Positions 44,030-54,340 of a DNA stretch of 57,818 bases are shown piece after piece. Made by a program: the position numbers and the translations under genes. The notes under the pieces were generated by a model. It was given only the letters and a program-made list of their open reading frames with translations. It ran no database searches and was not told the origin of the DNA. How positions within the stretch are numbered: the first letter of the stretch is position 1; each line of letters begins with the position of its first letter. The DNA is from Candidatus Gallimonas gallistercoris. GTDB lineage: Bacteria > Bacillota > Clostridia > Christensenellales > Borkfalkiaceae. Location of the stretch: positions 1 to 57,818 of the forward strand of contig DXAJ01000034.1 of assembly GCA_019117085.1 (NCBI GenBank), given 5' to 3'.

Positions 44030-45682
44030 TCAGATGACCGTCTTCCACGCGCACCAGCTTCCGCCCGAATAGTTGCGGATGCGGATGGCGCAGTCGCTCA
44101 TGAGCGAAAAGGCGACCTGCGTGATGTTGTTTCCCTCGTCCGCATGTGACATCGTGAGCAGGAACCAACGGCAGCTCGAAGCGCTGTTCTTATTGGAAGT
44201 CGGCGCGTTGTAACAGGGAAGGTCGCTCGACCCTTCCACATAATAACAGCCCGTGTCGTCGAGCGTGTTGAAGTTGCCGCCGTACCAGACGACGCTGCTG
44301 ATGGGGAGCTGCCGCTCGTTGTCGAGCAGCCCGAGCCCCAGATCGTTCTTGGAGATGGTGACGTCGCCCGTCTGTCCGTTGACGGAAGTCACCGCGCCCC
44401 CGCCGCCCGTAAAGGTTGGTTTGTCGGCGAGGTCGTTATAAGAACCCGTGAGCGCCACCTGCGCAAGGCCGAGATCGAACTTGCTGATGGTGACGTCGCC
44501 TGTCTGTCCGTTGACGGAGGTCACCGCGCTCTCGTCGTCCCCGCCCGTCAAGACAGGCTTATCGAGAAGGTCGTTATATGAGCCCGTAAGGGCGACGACC
44601 GCAAGCCCCAGATCGTTCTTGGAGATGGTGACGTCTCCCGTCTGCCCGTTGACGGAGGTCACCGCCGTACCCGCAAACGTGGGTTTATCGGCAAGGTCGT
44701 TATAAGAGCCCGTGAGCGCCACCTGCGCAAGGCCGAGATCGAACTTGCTGATGGTGACGTCTCCCGTCTGCCCGTTGACGGAAGTCACCGCGCTCTCGTC
44801 GTCTTCGCCCGTCGAGACGGGCTTATCGAGAAGATCGTTATATGAGCCCGTGAGGGCGACGACCGCAAGCCCCAGATCGTTCTTGGAGATGGTGACATCC
44901 CCCGTCTGCCCGTTGACGGAAGTCACCGCGCCCTCTTCGGGCGTGTCTTGAAGATCGTTATATGAACCCGTGAGCGCAACGACCGCAAGCCCCAGATCGT
45001 TCTTCGAGATGGTGACGTCGCCCGTCTGTCCGTTGACGGAGGTCACCGTGCCCTCGCCGCCCCCGCCGCCCGACGTGACGGGGGTGAGGACGCCGTCCGC
45101 GTAGTAACAGAGCGTATCGCCGCCCGCCGTCCGCTTGATGAAGATGCCGCCGTCCGCAAGCGAAGCGCTCGGCGTCGTCTGCCCTTCTTCGCCCACCTCG
45201 ACGATCTGCTTCCCGCCCGTGACGAACCCGTAGGCGTTGACGTCCACGGCGGAATAAGTGCCCGAGGTCACCTTCTGTTCGAACGCGGAAAGATCGTATT
45301 TGTTGAGAAACTCCAAAATTTGTTCGTGCAGCGAGGCAGGGGGCGATTCCTCCCCTTCGCAATAAGCCCCCGCAAGGCAGCGAAGGCGCACAAAAGAGCT
45401 TGCGATGCGCCCTCCCGCGCCGTCCGCGCTGTAAACGCCGACGAGCGCCGTGTCGCAGTCGGGCGACAAAACGGCGGGCATATCGCAGGAAGTACCCGTA
45501 AAGAGCTGCTCGCGGCAGCCGCCCGCCCAAAGGACGACGGCGACGCGCTGAGAATAGTCCGCCCACTCGCCGTCGAAATCAAATTGCAGCCGATAGCTGT
45601 TTTCGTTGAAGGATACGAGCTCGGAAAAATCGGTCTCCGCGCGCTTGCCCCGCACCCTGATGAGAATGGTCTGCTGTGCCAT
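44030..45682 (-). CDS. Phage tail-fibre / receptor-binding-protein-like protein with six tandem repeats and a knob-like C-terminal domain
   Basis: Repeats (A/T)VTSVNGQTGDVTISK(N/F)DLGLA.VALTGSYNDL.DKP match the VNG.TG.V.L...LGL...SGSYNDL..KP motif typical of Firmicute phage fibres. No signal peptide. Start moved to MAQQTIL (45682, GGGAGG RBS). Confidence 0.7.
   Translation of the reverse strand: MAQQTILIRVRGKRAETDFSELVSFNENSYRLQFDFDGEWADYSQRVAVVLWAGGCREQLFTGTSCDMPAVLSPDCDTALVGVYSADGAGGRIASSFVRLRCLAGAYCEGEESPPASLHEQILEFLNKYDLSAFEQKVTSGTYSAVDVNAYGFVTGGKQIVEVGEEGQTTPSASLADGGIFIKRTAGGDTLCYYADGVLTPVTSGGGGGEGTVTSVNGQTGDVTISKNDLGLAVVALTGSYNDLQDTPEEGAVTSVNGQTGDVTISKNDLGLAVVALTGSYNDLLDKPVSTGEDDESAVTSVNGQTGDVTISKFDLGLAQVALTGSYNDLADKPTFAGTAVTSVNGQTGDVTISKNDLGLAVVALTGSYNDLLDKPVLTGGDDESAVTSVNGQTGDVTISKFDLGLAQVALTGSYNDLADKPTFTGGGGAVTSVNGQTGDVTISKNDLGLGLLDNERQLPISSVVWYGGNFNTLDDTGCYYVEGSSDLPCYNAPTSNKNSASSCRWFLLTMSHADEGNNITQVAFSLMSDCAIRIRNYSGGSWCAWKTVI
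44324..45049. repeat. In-frame tandem DNA repeats inside the fibre-like gene (units of 120-138 nt; a ~264-nt two-unit block occurs twice)
   Basis: Repeat starts at codons 226, 266, 312, 354, 400 and 444 of the track ORF. The near-identical antisense ORFs 44448..44705 and 44712..44951 reflect the higher-order duplication. Confidence 0.9.
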
Positions 45683-45748
45683 AACATTCCTCCCGTTGTC
45701 TTTGCCCTCATGATAGCACAAAAGGCAGAAAACAGGCGTTCACATGAC

Positions 45749-45775
45749 AAAAACCGCGGAAATTTCCGCGGTTTT
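45749..45775. terminator. Bidirectional terminator after purB
   Basis: AAAAA-CCGCGGAAATTTCCGCGG-TTTT, a perfect palindrome. On the minus strand it is followed by TTTTT. Confidence 0.7.
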
Positions 45776-45838
45776 CGGACTTTTAGAATGTGAAACAAGG
45801 CGGGAGCGCTCATTGCCCCCTGCGGGATGAAACGCAGC

Positions 45839-47275
45839 TCAAACGCGCACTTCGCCCGTAGCGCCGAGGACGGCGCGGTGCTTTGCGAGGATGGGGTCGA
45901 TCTCGTTTTCGATGAATTCCACCGTCTGATGCGGGGCGCGGCCGACGAAATTCTTGGGCTCCAAGATCGCTTCGAGCTTATCGTGCGCGGCGGCGAACAT
46001 GGGATCTTTGCGGATGCGATCGAGAAGGTCGTTCTCTCCGCCGTTGACTTTGACGTTGGCGCCCGCTTCCTGCGAAAGTTCGCGAATGCGCTCGTGCAGC
46101 TCCTGCCTGTCTCCGCCCGCCTTGACGCACTCCATCATGATGTTTTCCGTCGCCATGAAGGGAAGCTCCTGCGCGATGTGCTTTGCGATGACCTTCTCAT
46201 AGACGACGAGATTTTCCGCAACGTTCATGTAGATGGTGAGGATGGCGTCCGCCGTGAGGAACGCCTGCGCGTTGACGATGCGGCGGTTTGCAGAGTCGTC
46301 GAGGGTGCGCTCGAACCACTGCGTGGAAGCCGTCACCGCCGAATTCACGGGAAGGGACACAAGATAGCGGCAGAGCGAGCCCATGCGCTCCGAGCGCATC
46401 GGGTTGCGCTTGTACGCCATCGCCGAAGAGCCGACCTGCGACTTTTCGAAGGGCTCCTCCACCTCCTTCATGTGCTGCAAAAGGCGGATGTCGTTGGAAA
46501 ATTTGTAGGCGCTCTGTGCGATCTGAGAGAGCACGCAAAGCACGTTGTAATCGAACTTGCGGGGATACGTCTGCCCTGTCACGCCGTATACCTTTTCATA
46601 GCCCAACTTAGAAACGACGCGCTTTTCAAGCTCTTTGACCTTCTCTTCGTCGCCGTCAAAAAGTTCCAAAAAGCTAGCCTGGGTGCCCGTCGTGCCCTTG
46701 ACGCCGCGGAGCTTGAAGTGCTCCTTCAAATTTTGCAGGCTCTCATAGTCGAGCATGAGGTCTTGGAGCCAAAGCGTTGCGCGCTTGCCCACCGTCGTGA
46801 GCTGGGCGGGCTGCAAGTGCGTAAAGCCGAGCGTCGGAAGATCCTTATATTTGAGCGCGAAGGAGCGGAGCTTATCCATGACGTTGACGAGCTTTTGTTC
46901 GATGATGTCGAGCGCGTCGTGCATGATGATGAGCTCCGAGTTGCAATCGACGAAGCAGCTCGTCGCGCCCAGGTGGATGATGCCCTTTGCGGAGGGAGCG
47001 ACGTCGCCGAATGCCGCGACGTGCGCCATGACGTCGTGCCGCTTTTGCCGCTCGTACTCTTCGGCGCGCTCGTAGTCGATGTCATCGATGTGCGATCTGA
47101 GCTCTTCCACCTGCTCCCGCGTGATGGGAAGCCCGAGCTCCATCTCGCTCTCCGCAAGCGCGACCCAAAGCTGCCTCCACAGGCGGAAGCGCTTTTCGTC
47201 GCCGAAGTTGATGAGCATCTCGCGGCTCGCATAGCGGGTCGTCAAGGGGTTTTCATACAATAGTTTGTCTGACAT
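45839..47275 (-). CDS. purB: Adenylosuccinate lyase
   Basis: 478 aa. SSAMAYKRNP signature loop and the fumarate-lyase family fold. Confidence 0.95.
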   Translation of the reverse strand: MSDKLLYENPLTTRYASREMLINFGDEKRFRLWRQLWVALAESEMELGLPITREQVEELRSHIDDIDYERAEEYERQKRHDVMAHVAAFGDVAPSAKGIIHLGATSCFVDCNSELIIMHDALDIIEQKLVNVMDKLRSFALKYKDLPTLGFTHLQPAQLTTVGKRATLWLQDLMLDYESLQNLKEHFKLRGVKGTTGTQASFLELFDGDEEKVKELEKRVVSKLGYEKVYGVTGQTYPRKFDYNVLCVLSQIAQSAYKFSNDIRLLQHMKEVEEPFEKSQVGSSAMAYKRNPMRSERMGSLCRYLVSLPVNSAVTASTQWFERTLDDSANRRIVNAQAFLTADAILTIYMNVAENLVVYEKVIAKHIAQELPFMATENIMMECVKAGGDRQELHERIRELSQEAGANVKVNGGENDLLDRIRKDPMFAAAHDKLEAILEPKNFVGRAPHQTVEFIENEIDPILAKHRAVLGATGEVRV

Positions 47276-47349
47276 AATACTCTCCTAACAGTCCAAAAAC
47301 AAAAGTTTTACCATGATTATGTCACGCATAATCAAGATATCGTGCTATT

Positions 47350-47868
47350 TCAGACGATTTTTTCGGGTTCGGGATAGCTTTCGCCGAAGGTCTCCGCCGT
47401 GACCTTCTTCATCTTCTGCTCTTTTAAAGGCTTATCGCGGAAGTCTGTCGGCGTTGTGGCGATGGCGTCTACCGCCTCCATCCCCTCGATGACTTTGCCG
47501 AAGGCGGCGTACTGCCCGTCGAGATAGGGCGCCGCCGCGTGCATCACGAAGAACTGAGAGCCTGCGGAATCGGGGTGCTGCGCACGCGCCATGGAAAGGA
47601 CGCCGCGCTCGTGCTTCACGGGGTTTTCAACGCCGTTGCTTTTGAACTCCCCTTTGATGTGGTAGCCGGGGCCGCCCGTGCCGACGCCCTTGGGGTCCCC
47701 TCCCTGGATCATGAAGCCTTCGATGACGCGGTGGAAGATGATGCCGTCGTAAAAGCCCTTTTGAACGAGGGACAAAAAGTTGTTGACGGTGTTGGGCGCG
47801 AGCTCGGGATAAAGTTCGGCGCGGAAGACGGAGCCGTCTTCCATTTCAAAGGTGACGATGGGATGCAT
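47350..47868 (-). CDS. Cyclophilin-type peptidyl-prolyl isomerase
   Basis: FYDGIIFHRVIEGFMIQGGDP...GSQFF; 172 aa. Confidence 0.93.
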   Translation of the reverse strand: MHPIVTFEMEDGSVFRAELYPELAPNTVNNFLSLVQKGFYDGIIFHRVIEGFMIQGGDPKGVGTGGPGYHIKGEFKSNGVENPVKHERGVLSMARAQHPDSAGSQFFVMHAAAPYLDGQYAAFGKVIEGMEAVDAIATTPTDFRDKPLKEQKMKKVTAETFGESYPEPEKIV

Positions 47869-47869
47869 G

Positions 47870-48334
47870 TTATTTCTCCTTGCGATCTAAAAGATCGGAA
47901 TATTTTTCGATGACGGTCCCCGCTTCGCGGAAGAGCCGCATGGAGAACTCGTCGGGATAGCCTTCGTCGTAGACGACGCGCTTGATCCCTGCGTTGATGA
48001 TCATCTTTGCGCAGATGACGCAGGGCTGGTGGGTGCAGTAGAGGGTCGCCCCCGTGATATTGATGCCGTATTTCGCCGCCTGGATGATGGCGTTCTGCTC
48101 GGCGTGGACACCGTAGCACAGCTCCGCGCGCGTTCCGCTCGCGATGTTGAGCTTTTCACGCAGGCACTCGCCCTTCTCCATACAGGAAGGAATGCCCGAC
48201 GGCGCGCCGTTATAGCCCGTCGTCATGACGCGTTTATCGCGCACGATGACCGCCCCCACCTTGCGGCGGAAACAGCTCGCCCAGCCGCCGACGTGGCGCG
48301 TCAGTTCCATGAAACGTTCATCCCATTTATCCAC
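47870..48334 (-). CDS. dCMP deaminase (ComEB-like)
   Basis: HAEQNAI...CTHQPCVICAKMI zinc motifs; 154 aa. Confidence 0.88.
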   Translation of the reverse strand: MDKWDERFMELTRHVGGWASCFRRKVGAVIVRDKRVMTTGYNGAPSGIPSCMEKGECLREKLNIASGTRAELCYGVHAEQNAIIQAAKYGINITGATLYCTHQPCVICAKMIINAGIKRVVYDEGYPDEFSMRLFREAGTVIEKYSDLLDRKEK

Positions 48335-48578
48335 GGAATACCCCCTCGGGGCAAAGAAAAGCCCCTCTTATAGTTTGATTATAACAATTTTTCAAGGAGA
48401 AGTCAACTCGGCTCATGCCTGCGCGGCGGGCGCGCGCAAAAAAACAGGAAAATTTCGCCAAAAAAATGACACTTTCCCGTTTGAGCGCACTTTTCGGGCG
48501 TTTATAATAGAAGGGAAAAAGGCATCGAGCCAAAATACGGCGCCCTTTGGCGTCCGTTCAACGTTTAAGGAGGTCAGT

Positions 48579-48866
48579 ATGAACATCAAACCATTGTTCG
48601 ACAAGGTCGTCGTCGAAGCGGCGAACGTCGAAGAGAAGACGAAGAGCGGGTTCATCCTCCCCGCATCCGCACAGGAGAAACCGCAGACGTGCGTCGTCGT
48701 TGCAGTCGGCCCCGGCGGGGTCATCGACGGCAAGGAAGTCACCATGCAGGTGAAGGTCGGCGACAAGGTGCTCTGCTCCAAGTATGCAGGCACGGACTTT
48801 AAGGTGGACGGCAAGGAGTTCACCATCATCAAGCAGAGCGATATCCTCGCCGTGGTCGAGGACTGA
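48579..48866 (+). CDS. groES: Co-chaperonin GroES
   Basis: MNIKPLFDKVVV...KTKSGFILP...; 95 aa; AAGGAGG RBS. Start inside track ORF 48225..48866. Confidence 0.95.
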   Translation: MNIKPLFDKVVVEAANVEEKTKSGFILPASAQEKPQTCVVVAVGPGGVIDGKEVTMQVKVGDKVLCSKYAGTDFKVDGKEFTIIKQSDILAVVED

Positions 48867-48875
48867 TCTTTCTAA

Positions 48876-50531
<1,656 letters not shown>

Positions 50532-50562
50532 GCCGAATAAATATTGATTCTCTGAATATGAA

Positions 50563-50603
50563 ATGCAGGGGCTTGCCGGAACGGCAAGCCCCTGCATTTT
50601 TTT
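50563..50603 (+). terminator. Intrinsic terminator of groESL
   Basis: ATGCAGGGGCTTGCCG-gaa-CGGCAAGCCCCTGCAT 16-bp stem followed by T6. Confidence 0.85.
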
Positions 50604-51135
50604 ATCCCGCAAAACTCGCCAACGCGACTTTTGCGGGAGCCCTTTCGCCTGCGTAAGCGACGAAGGGAGCCCAACACCCTTCCCCCTTCCAAAAAAGATT
50701 TGCTTAGGCAAAGATTTTTTGGAAAGAGGAGGAATTGGCGTTGTAAGCGCGGTGTCTGCCCCTCGGGCAAACACCCGCCAGATGCGCCACATTCCGACGA
50801 AGGAGCGCGCGGATTTGCCGCAGGGAGTTTACTATGACGTAAATGACCAAGGCAAAACGCAAGCGCGACACCGTATTGCGCCGCAGATACTTCGCGCTTG
50901 ACGATCAGTTCATCGTTTGGGCAAGAGTCGCGGCTGAGACGAGGAGCCTGCGCAAGCGACGAAGGGAGACCAACACCATTCCAAAAAAGATTTGCTTTGG
51001 CAAAGATTTTTTGGAAAGAGGAGGAATTGGCGTTGTAAGCGCGGTGTTTGCCCGAGGGGCAGACACCCGCCAAATGCGCCACATTCCGACGAAGGAGCGC
51101 GCAAAGGCGACAAAGTATTCAGCCGATGAATATTG
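50604..51135. repeat. Composite repeat region: one copy of the 45-bp hairpin unit plus two ~160-bp direct repeats (50647-50810, 50946-51102)
   Basis: The two long copies are about 90% identical and about 299 bp apart. 50826-50900 resembles 32640-32700. The region is bounded by a 21-22-bp imperfect direct repeat (50525-50546 / 51115-51135). Confidence 0.85.
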
Positions 51136-51142
51136 CCCAAAC

Positions 51143-52300
51143 TCACTTGCCGAACATGATGCGCTCGCTGCCCAGCATCTTTGCCACCAACAGGACAAAG
51201 AGCGCCGTGAAGACAAGGTTGATGCCGATGGCGATGAGCCCGATAAGAAGCGCGGCTCCGCCTTCCAGCACCCTCTGGATGGCGACCACCGTACCGAGGA
51301 CGGGGATGACGGCGACCCAATCGCCGATGCCCGAGAGGAACGCCGAGACGAGCGAGAGCACCATGACGACGATCATGATGACGCCCGTGTAGGAGGACGC
51401 CTCCTTCACCGACTTGGCGTACGTCGAGATGGCAGTCATTGCCGAGACGATGAGCGGCACGATGGAGACGATGAGCGCAAGCAGCAGGATGTAATCGCCG
51501 AAGGCGTACTCCACGAACATGCCGCCGAGCTCGAGCCCCATGAGTTTTGGCATACTGAGGGCAATACCCAAAAAGCTCGAGAGCGCGCCGAGCGCCGCGA
51601 TGCACGAGAGCGGCAGCACCTTGCCGAGGGCGATATCCGTGCGCCTGACGGACGTGACGAGGATGGTCGCGAGCGTCCCCCGCTCCTTCTCCCCCGCCAC
51701 CGATTCGAGCGTGATGCTCATGCAGCTCGAGAAGATGAGGGTGACGACGAGGAAGGGAAGCAGCCCCCCTAAGATGCTCATCACGACCTCGGACGTCGAC
51801 GAGAAGTCGTACTGCTCGCCGCCGAGGTTGACGTCGAAGGCGTTGGAGATCTCCCCCTCGTACGCGGAAAGGAGCGACGTCGCCGCCGTGTAGAACGCGG
51901 CGCTCGCATCGTCCGCCGAGCGGTAGAAGATCTCAATCTCGGGCGCCTTCTCCCCGCTCAAGGGGTCGTACTCAGAGACGGCGTTGTCGAAGTCTTCGGA
52001 AAAGATGATAAGCGCCGTTGCGCTGCCCGCCTTGACTTGCGCCTTCGCATTCTCCTTATCCTCGGTGCGGGTGAGGGTGAGGCTTTCCCCGAAGGAACCT
52101 TCGAAGAGCGCCTCGACTTTCGGCGAAGAGCCGTAGACGAGGACGTCGTAGGAATAGTTCTTCTCGCCGCCCCAGATGCCGCTGCCGAGGAGCGAATAGA
52201 TGAAGTAGATGAGGACGCCCGGGAGAATGAGCGTTGCAATGAGTTTGGGATCGCGGAAGAACCGCTGAAATTCCTTTTGGATGAGCGCTTTGAGTTTCAT
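51143..52300 (-). CDS. ABC-2 type transporter permease (NatB-like)
   Basis: 385 aa. One N-terminal TM, a ~150-aa extracytoplasmic loop and 5 C-terminal TMs. 4-nt overlap with the upstream ATPase gene. Confidence 0.7.
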   Translation of the reverse strand: MKLKALIQKEFQRFFRDPKLIATLILPGVLIYFIYSLLGSGIWGGEKNYSYDVLVYGSSPKVEALFEGSFGESLTLTRTEDKENAKAQVKAGSATALIIFSEDFDNAVSEYDPLSGEKAPEIEIFYRSADDASAAFYTAATSLLSAYEGEISNAFDVNLGGEQYDFSSTSEVVMSILGGLLPFLVVTLIFSSCMSITLESVAGEKERGTLATILVTSVRRTDIALGKVLPLSCIAALGALSSFLGIALSMPKLMGLELGGMFVEYAFGDYILLLALIVSIVPLIVSAMTAISTYAKSVKEASSYTGVIMIVVMVLSLVSAFLSGIGDWVAVIPVLGTVVAIQRVLEGGAALLIGLIAIGINLVFTALFVLLVAKMLGSERIMFGK

Positions 52301-53079
52301 ACGATTTCCCCCTTGATGCTGCGGTAAATTTCAAAGAACTTATCTTCGAGGCTGCATCCGCCGCAAAGTTTTTCGAGCGTTCCTTCGGCAGCCATCCTGC
52401 CGTCGATGATGACGCCCACCCTGTCGCACAGTTTTTCGACGAGGGAGAAGATGTGCGTGGAGAGAAGGATGCTCTTCCCCATGTTTTTGAGCTCGATCAA
52501 AAAGTCGGTGACGACCTTTGCCGTGAGCACGTCGAGGCCGTTCGTCGGCTCGTCGAAGATGACGACTTCGGGATCGTGGACGATGGCGACGACGAGCGAG
52601 ACCTTTTGCAGCATGCCCGTCGAAAGATCGCTCACTTTGACTTCGGCGAAGCGGTCGATGCCGAAGCGCGAGAAAAGTTCCTGCTTCCTGGCGGCGAGCG
52701 CATCTTTTCCGACGCCGTGCATCGCGCCGAAAAAGTCAAAGAGATAGCTCGGGGTAAAGAAGCCCTCGAGCTTTAATTCGCTGGTCATGAAGCCGATCTT
52801 ATCGCGCACCTTCTCCCCTTCGCGAAGGACGGAGCAGCCGCCCACGAAGGCGTCGCCTTCATCGGGGCGGATGAGCGTGGAGAGGATGCGGAGCGTCGTC
52901 GTCTTGCCCGCGCCGTTGGGACCAAGAAGCCCGTAGATCTCGCCGCGGTAGGCGGAGAAGGAGAGCCCGTCGACGGCGACTTTGCGCTTTTCGGCGGTCT
53001 TTTCGAGCTTCTGCTGTTTCTGCGAGAGCGTGAAGGTCTTTCTGAGCCCTTCCGCCCGCACGATGGCATTTTCTTCCAT
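52297..53079 (-). CDS. ABC transporter ATP-binding protein (NatA-like)
   Basis: GPNGAGKTT, LSTGMLQK, VIFDEPTNGLD. Confidence 0.8.
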   Translation of the reverse strand: MEENAIVRAEGLRKTFTLSQKQQKLEKTAEKRKVAVDGLSFSAYRGEIYGLLGPNGAGKTTTLRILSTLIRPDEGDAFVGGCSVLREGEKVRDKIGFMTSELKLEGFFTPSYLFDFFGAMHGVGKDALAARKQELFSRFGIDRFAEVKVSDLSTGMLQKVSLVVAIVHDPEVVIFDEPTNGLDVLTAKVVTDFLIELKNMGKSILLSTHIFSLVEKLCDRVGVIIDGRMAAEGTLEKLCGGCSLEDKFFEIYRSIKGEIV

Positions 53080-53088
53080 ATTGACTCC

Positions 53089-53778
53089 TTACTTAGTTTC
53101 TTGTGTATTGTCCGCATCTTCGGGCATGCGCTTTGCGATACGATACGCATGGATGAGCGAGATGACGGTGACGATGAGGATGAGCGCGGCCGTCACGATG
53201 AGCGCGACAAAGTCGAGCCCGAGGACGGAAAAGAGGATGGAGGCGACGGCGCTCAGCGCCCCTGCCGCGAACAGGAGCACGCCCGAAAAGCGGTTGGCTT
53301 TCTCCCAGACATAGTCGCTTGCAAGCGTCTCCTTCGTGCGGAGGCCAAACCACTTGTTGCGCCCCGCAACGGGCATATAGTTGCCCATCACCATGATGAG
53401 GATGGCAAGGGGCAGCAGGATGGCGGCGGCAAAGGGAAAGTTCAGCTTTTCGCCGAGCTGCGTTCCCTGCGCCCCGAGCGCGAAGAGCACCCAGCCGAGG
53501 ACGGTCAAGACCGCTCCCACCACAACGAGGCAGATATTGAGGATGCGGGCGTTTTTATTCTCCTTCAAAGCGGCGGCAAACAACCCGCCCGAAACGAGCG
53601 CTGCGGCGGCGGGAAGCGAGATATACACCCACGGGGAGCCCATGCGGTCGCACACGCCCTCGTAGTTGAAGTGGACGGCGACCTCTTCGGGAAGAAAGAG
53701 GATCCCGACCGTAAACGCCAAGAGGCTCAAAAGAGAGAGTACGGTATAGAGGATGGCGGTCTTGAAATGCTGCATCAA
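53089..53778 (-). CDS. SdpI/YhfL-family membrane protein (DUF1648 + SdpI-like)
   Basis: 229 aa, 6 TM. NKWFGLRTKETL..D.VW..ANR motif typical of the SdpI family. Located downstream of an ArsR/SdpR-type regulator. Confidence 0.65.
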   Translation of the reverse strand: MMQHFKTAILYTVLSLLSLLAFTVGILFLPEEVAVHFNYEGVCDRMGSPWVYISLPAAAALVSGGLFAAALKENKNARILNICLVVVGAVLTVLGWVLFALGAQGTQLGEKLNFPFAAAILLPLAILIMVMGNYMPVAGRNKWFGLRTKETLASDYVWEKANRFSGVLLFAAGALSAVASILFSVLGLDFVALIVTAALILIVTVISLIHAYRIAKRMPEDADNTQETK

Positions 53779-53856
53779 GTTCCTCCTTGTTCTTTTTCGT
53801 TTTTGTTCCGCGCGGGGCGGGACGGAAATATGAAAACCCGCTAAGGCGTGGAGCGA

Positions 53857-54114
53857 TCAGTCCAGGAGCCCCGTAAGGGCGCGCATCATCTCCTGCACGA
53901 CCGTCGTGTTGAGATGATAGACGATGGTCTGGGCGCGGCGCTCGCCCGTGATGAGCCCGCTCTCTTTGAGGACGGAGATGTGATGCGAGACGGTCGCAGG
54001 CGAGAGCGAGAACTGGTCGCAGATCTCTCCCGCCGTGTGCGGACGCGATCTCAAAAGTTTTAAGATCTCCCGCCGCGTGCTGTCCGATAACGCCTCCCAT
54101 ACGCTCTTCTTCAT
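53857..54114 (-). CDS. ArsR/SmtB-family (SdpR-like) transcriptional repressor
   Basis: 85 aa. ALSD.TRREILKLL....HTAGEI...F.LS.ATVSHH...LKE.GLI winged HTH. Confidence 0.85.
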   Translation of the reverse strand: MKKSVWEALSDSTRREILKLLRSRPHTAGEICDQFSLSPATVSHHISVLKESGLITGERRAQTIVYHLNTTVVQEMMRALTGLLD

Positions 54115-54139
54115 CTACCCCCCCCTTTTTTTGTACTTC

Positions 54140-54226
54140 TTTCGATATTTTTCGAAACAAGGATAGCACACATTTCGAATTTTGTCAACCCCTCGGCGGC
54201 ATTTTATTTCGACAAATTTCGAAACA
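54140..54226. promoter_or_regulatory. Candidate operator sites: two 20-nt repeats TTTCGA-N4-TTTCGAAACA (54140-54159, 54207-54226) plus a half-site (54173-54179)
   Basis: The repeats match at 17/20 positions and bracket or overlap the predicted minus-strand promoter of the ArsR-like gene. Confidence 0.5.
54160..54188 (-). promoter_or_regulatory. Promoter of the SdpR-SdpI-ABC operon
   Basis: On the minus strand: TTGACA, 17-nt spacer, TGcTATCCT. Confidence 0.45.
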
Positions 54227-54311
54227 GGGCGTTTGGGGCGGGCTGTTTTGGGCAAAACGGCGTTTTGCGGCAGAGTTTTGGGCGGAAAACGGGCGCATCT
54301 CCCCTCCCCCA

Positions 54312-54340
54312 TTGACATTTTGCCGCAAATACGTTAAACT
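54312..54340 (+). promoter_or_regulatory. Promoter of the Dsr-like / ABC importer operon
   Basis: TTGACA, 17-nt spacer, TAAACT, about 33 nt upstream of ATG 54374 (AGGAGG RBS). Confidence 0.5.

Noticed and set aside
44030-45682. Prophage or diversity-generating retroelement centred on the fibre-like gene (and on the LRR genes at 7106-9862)
   Set aside because: No phage structural, lysis or integrase genes and no reverse transcriptase are present anywhere in the window. I found no template/variable repeat pair with adenine-specific differences; the repeats are in-frame tandem duplications instead.
48335-48578. CIRCE operator (TTAGCACTC-N9-GAGTGCTAA) expected upstream of groES
   Set aside because: I could not find this inverted repeat or a close variant in the 244-bp upstream region. 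Only a plausible promoter (TTGAGC, 16-nt spacer, TATAAT) and a small leader hairpin are visible. Absence by eye is weak evidence, so no claim is made.
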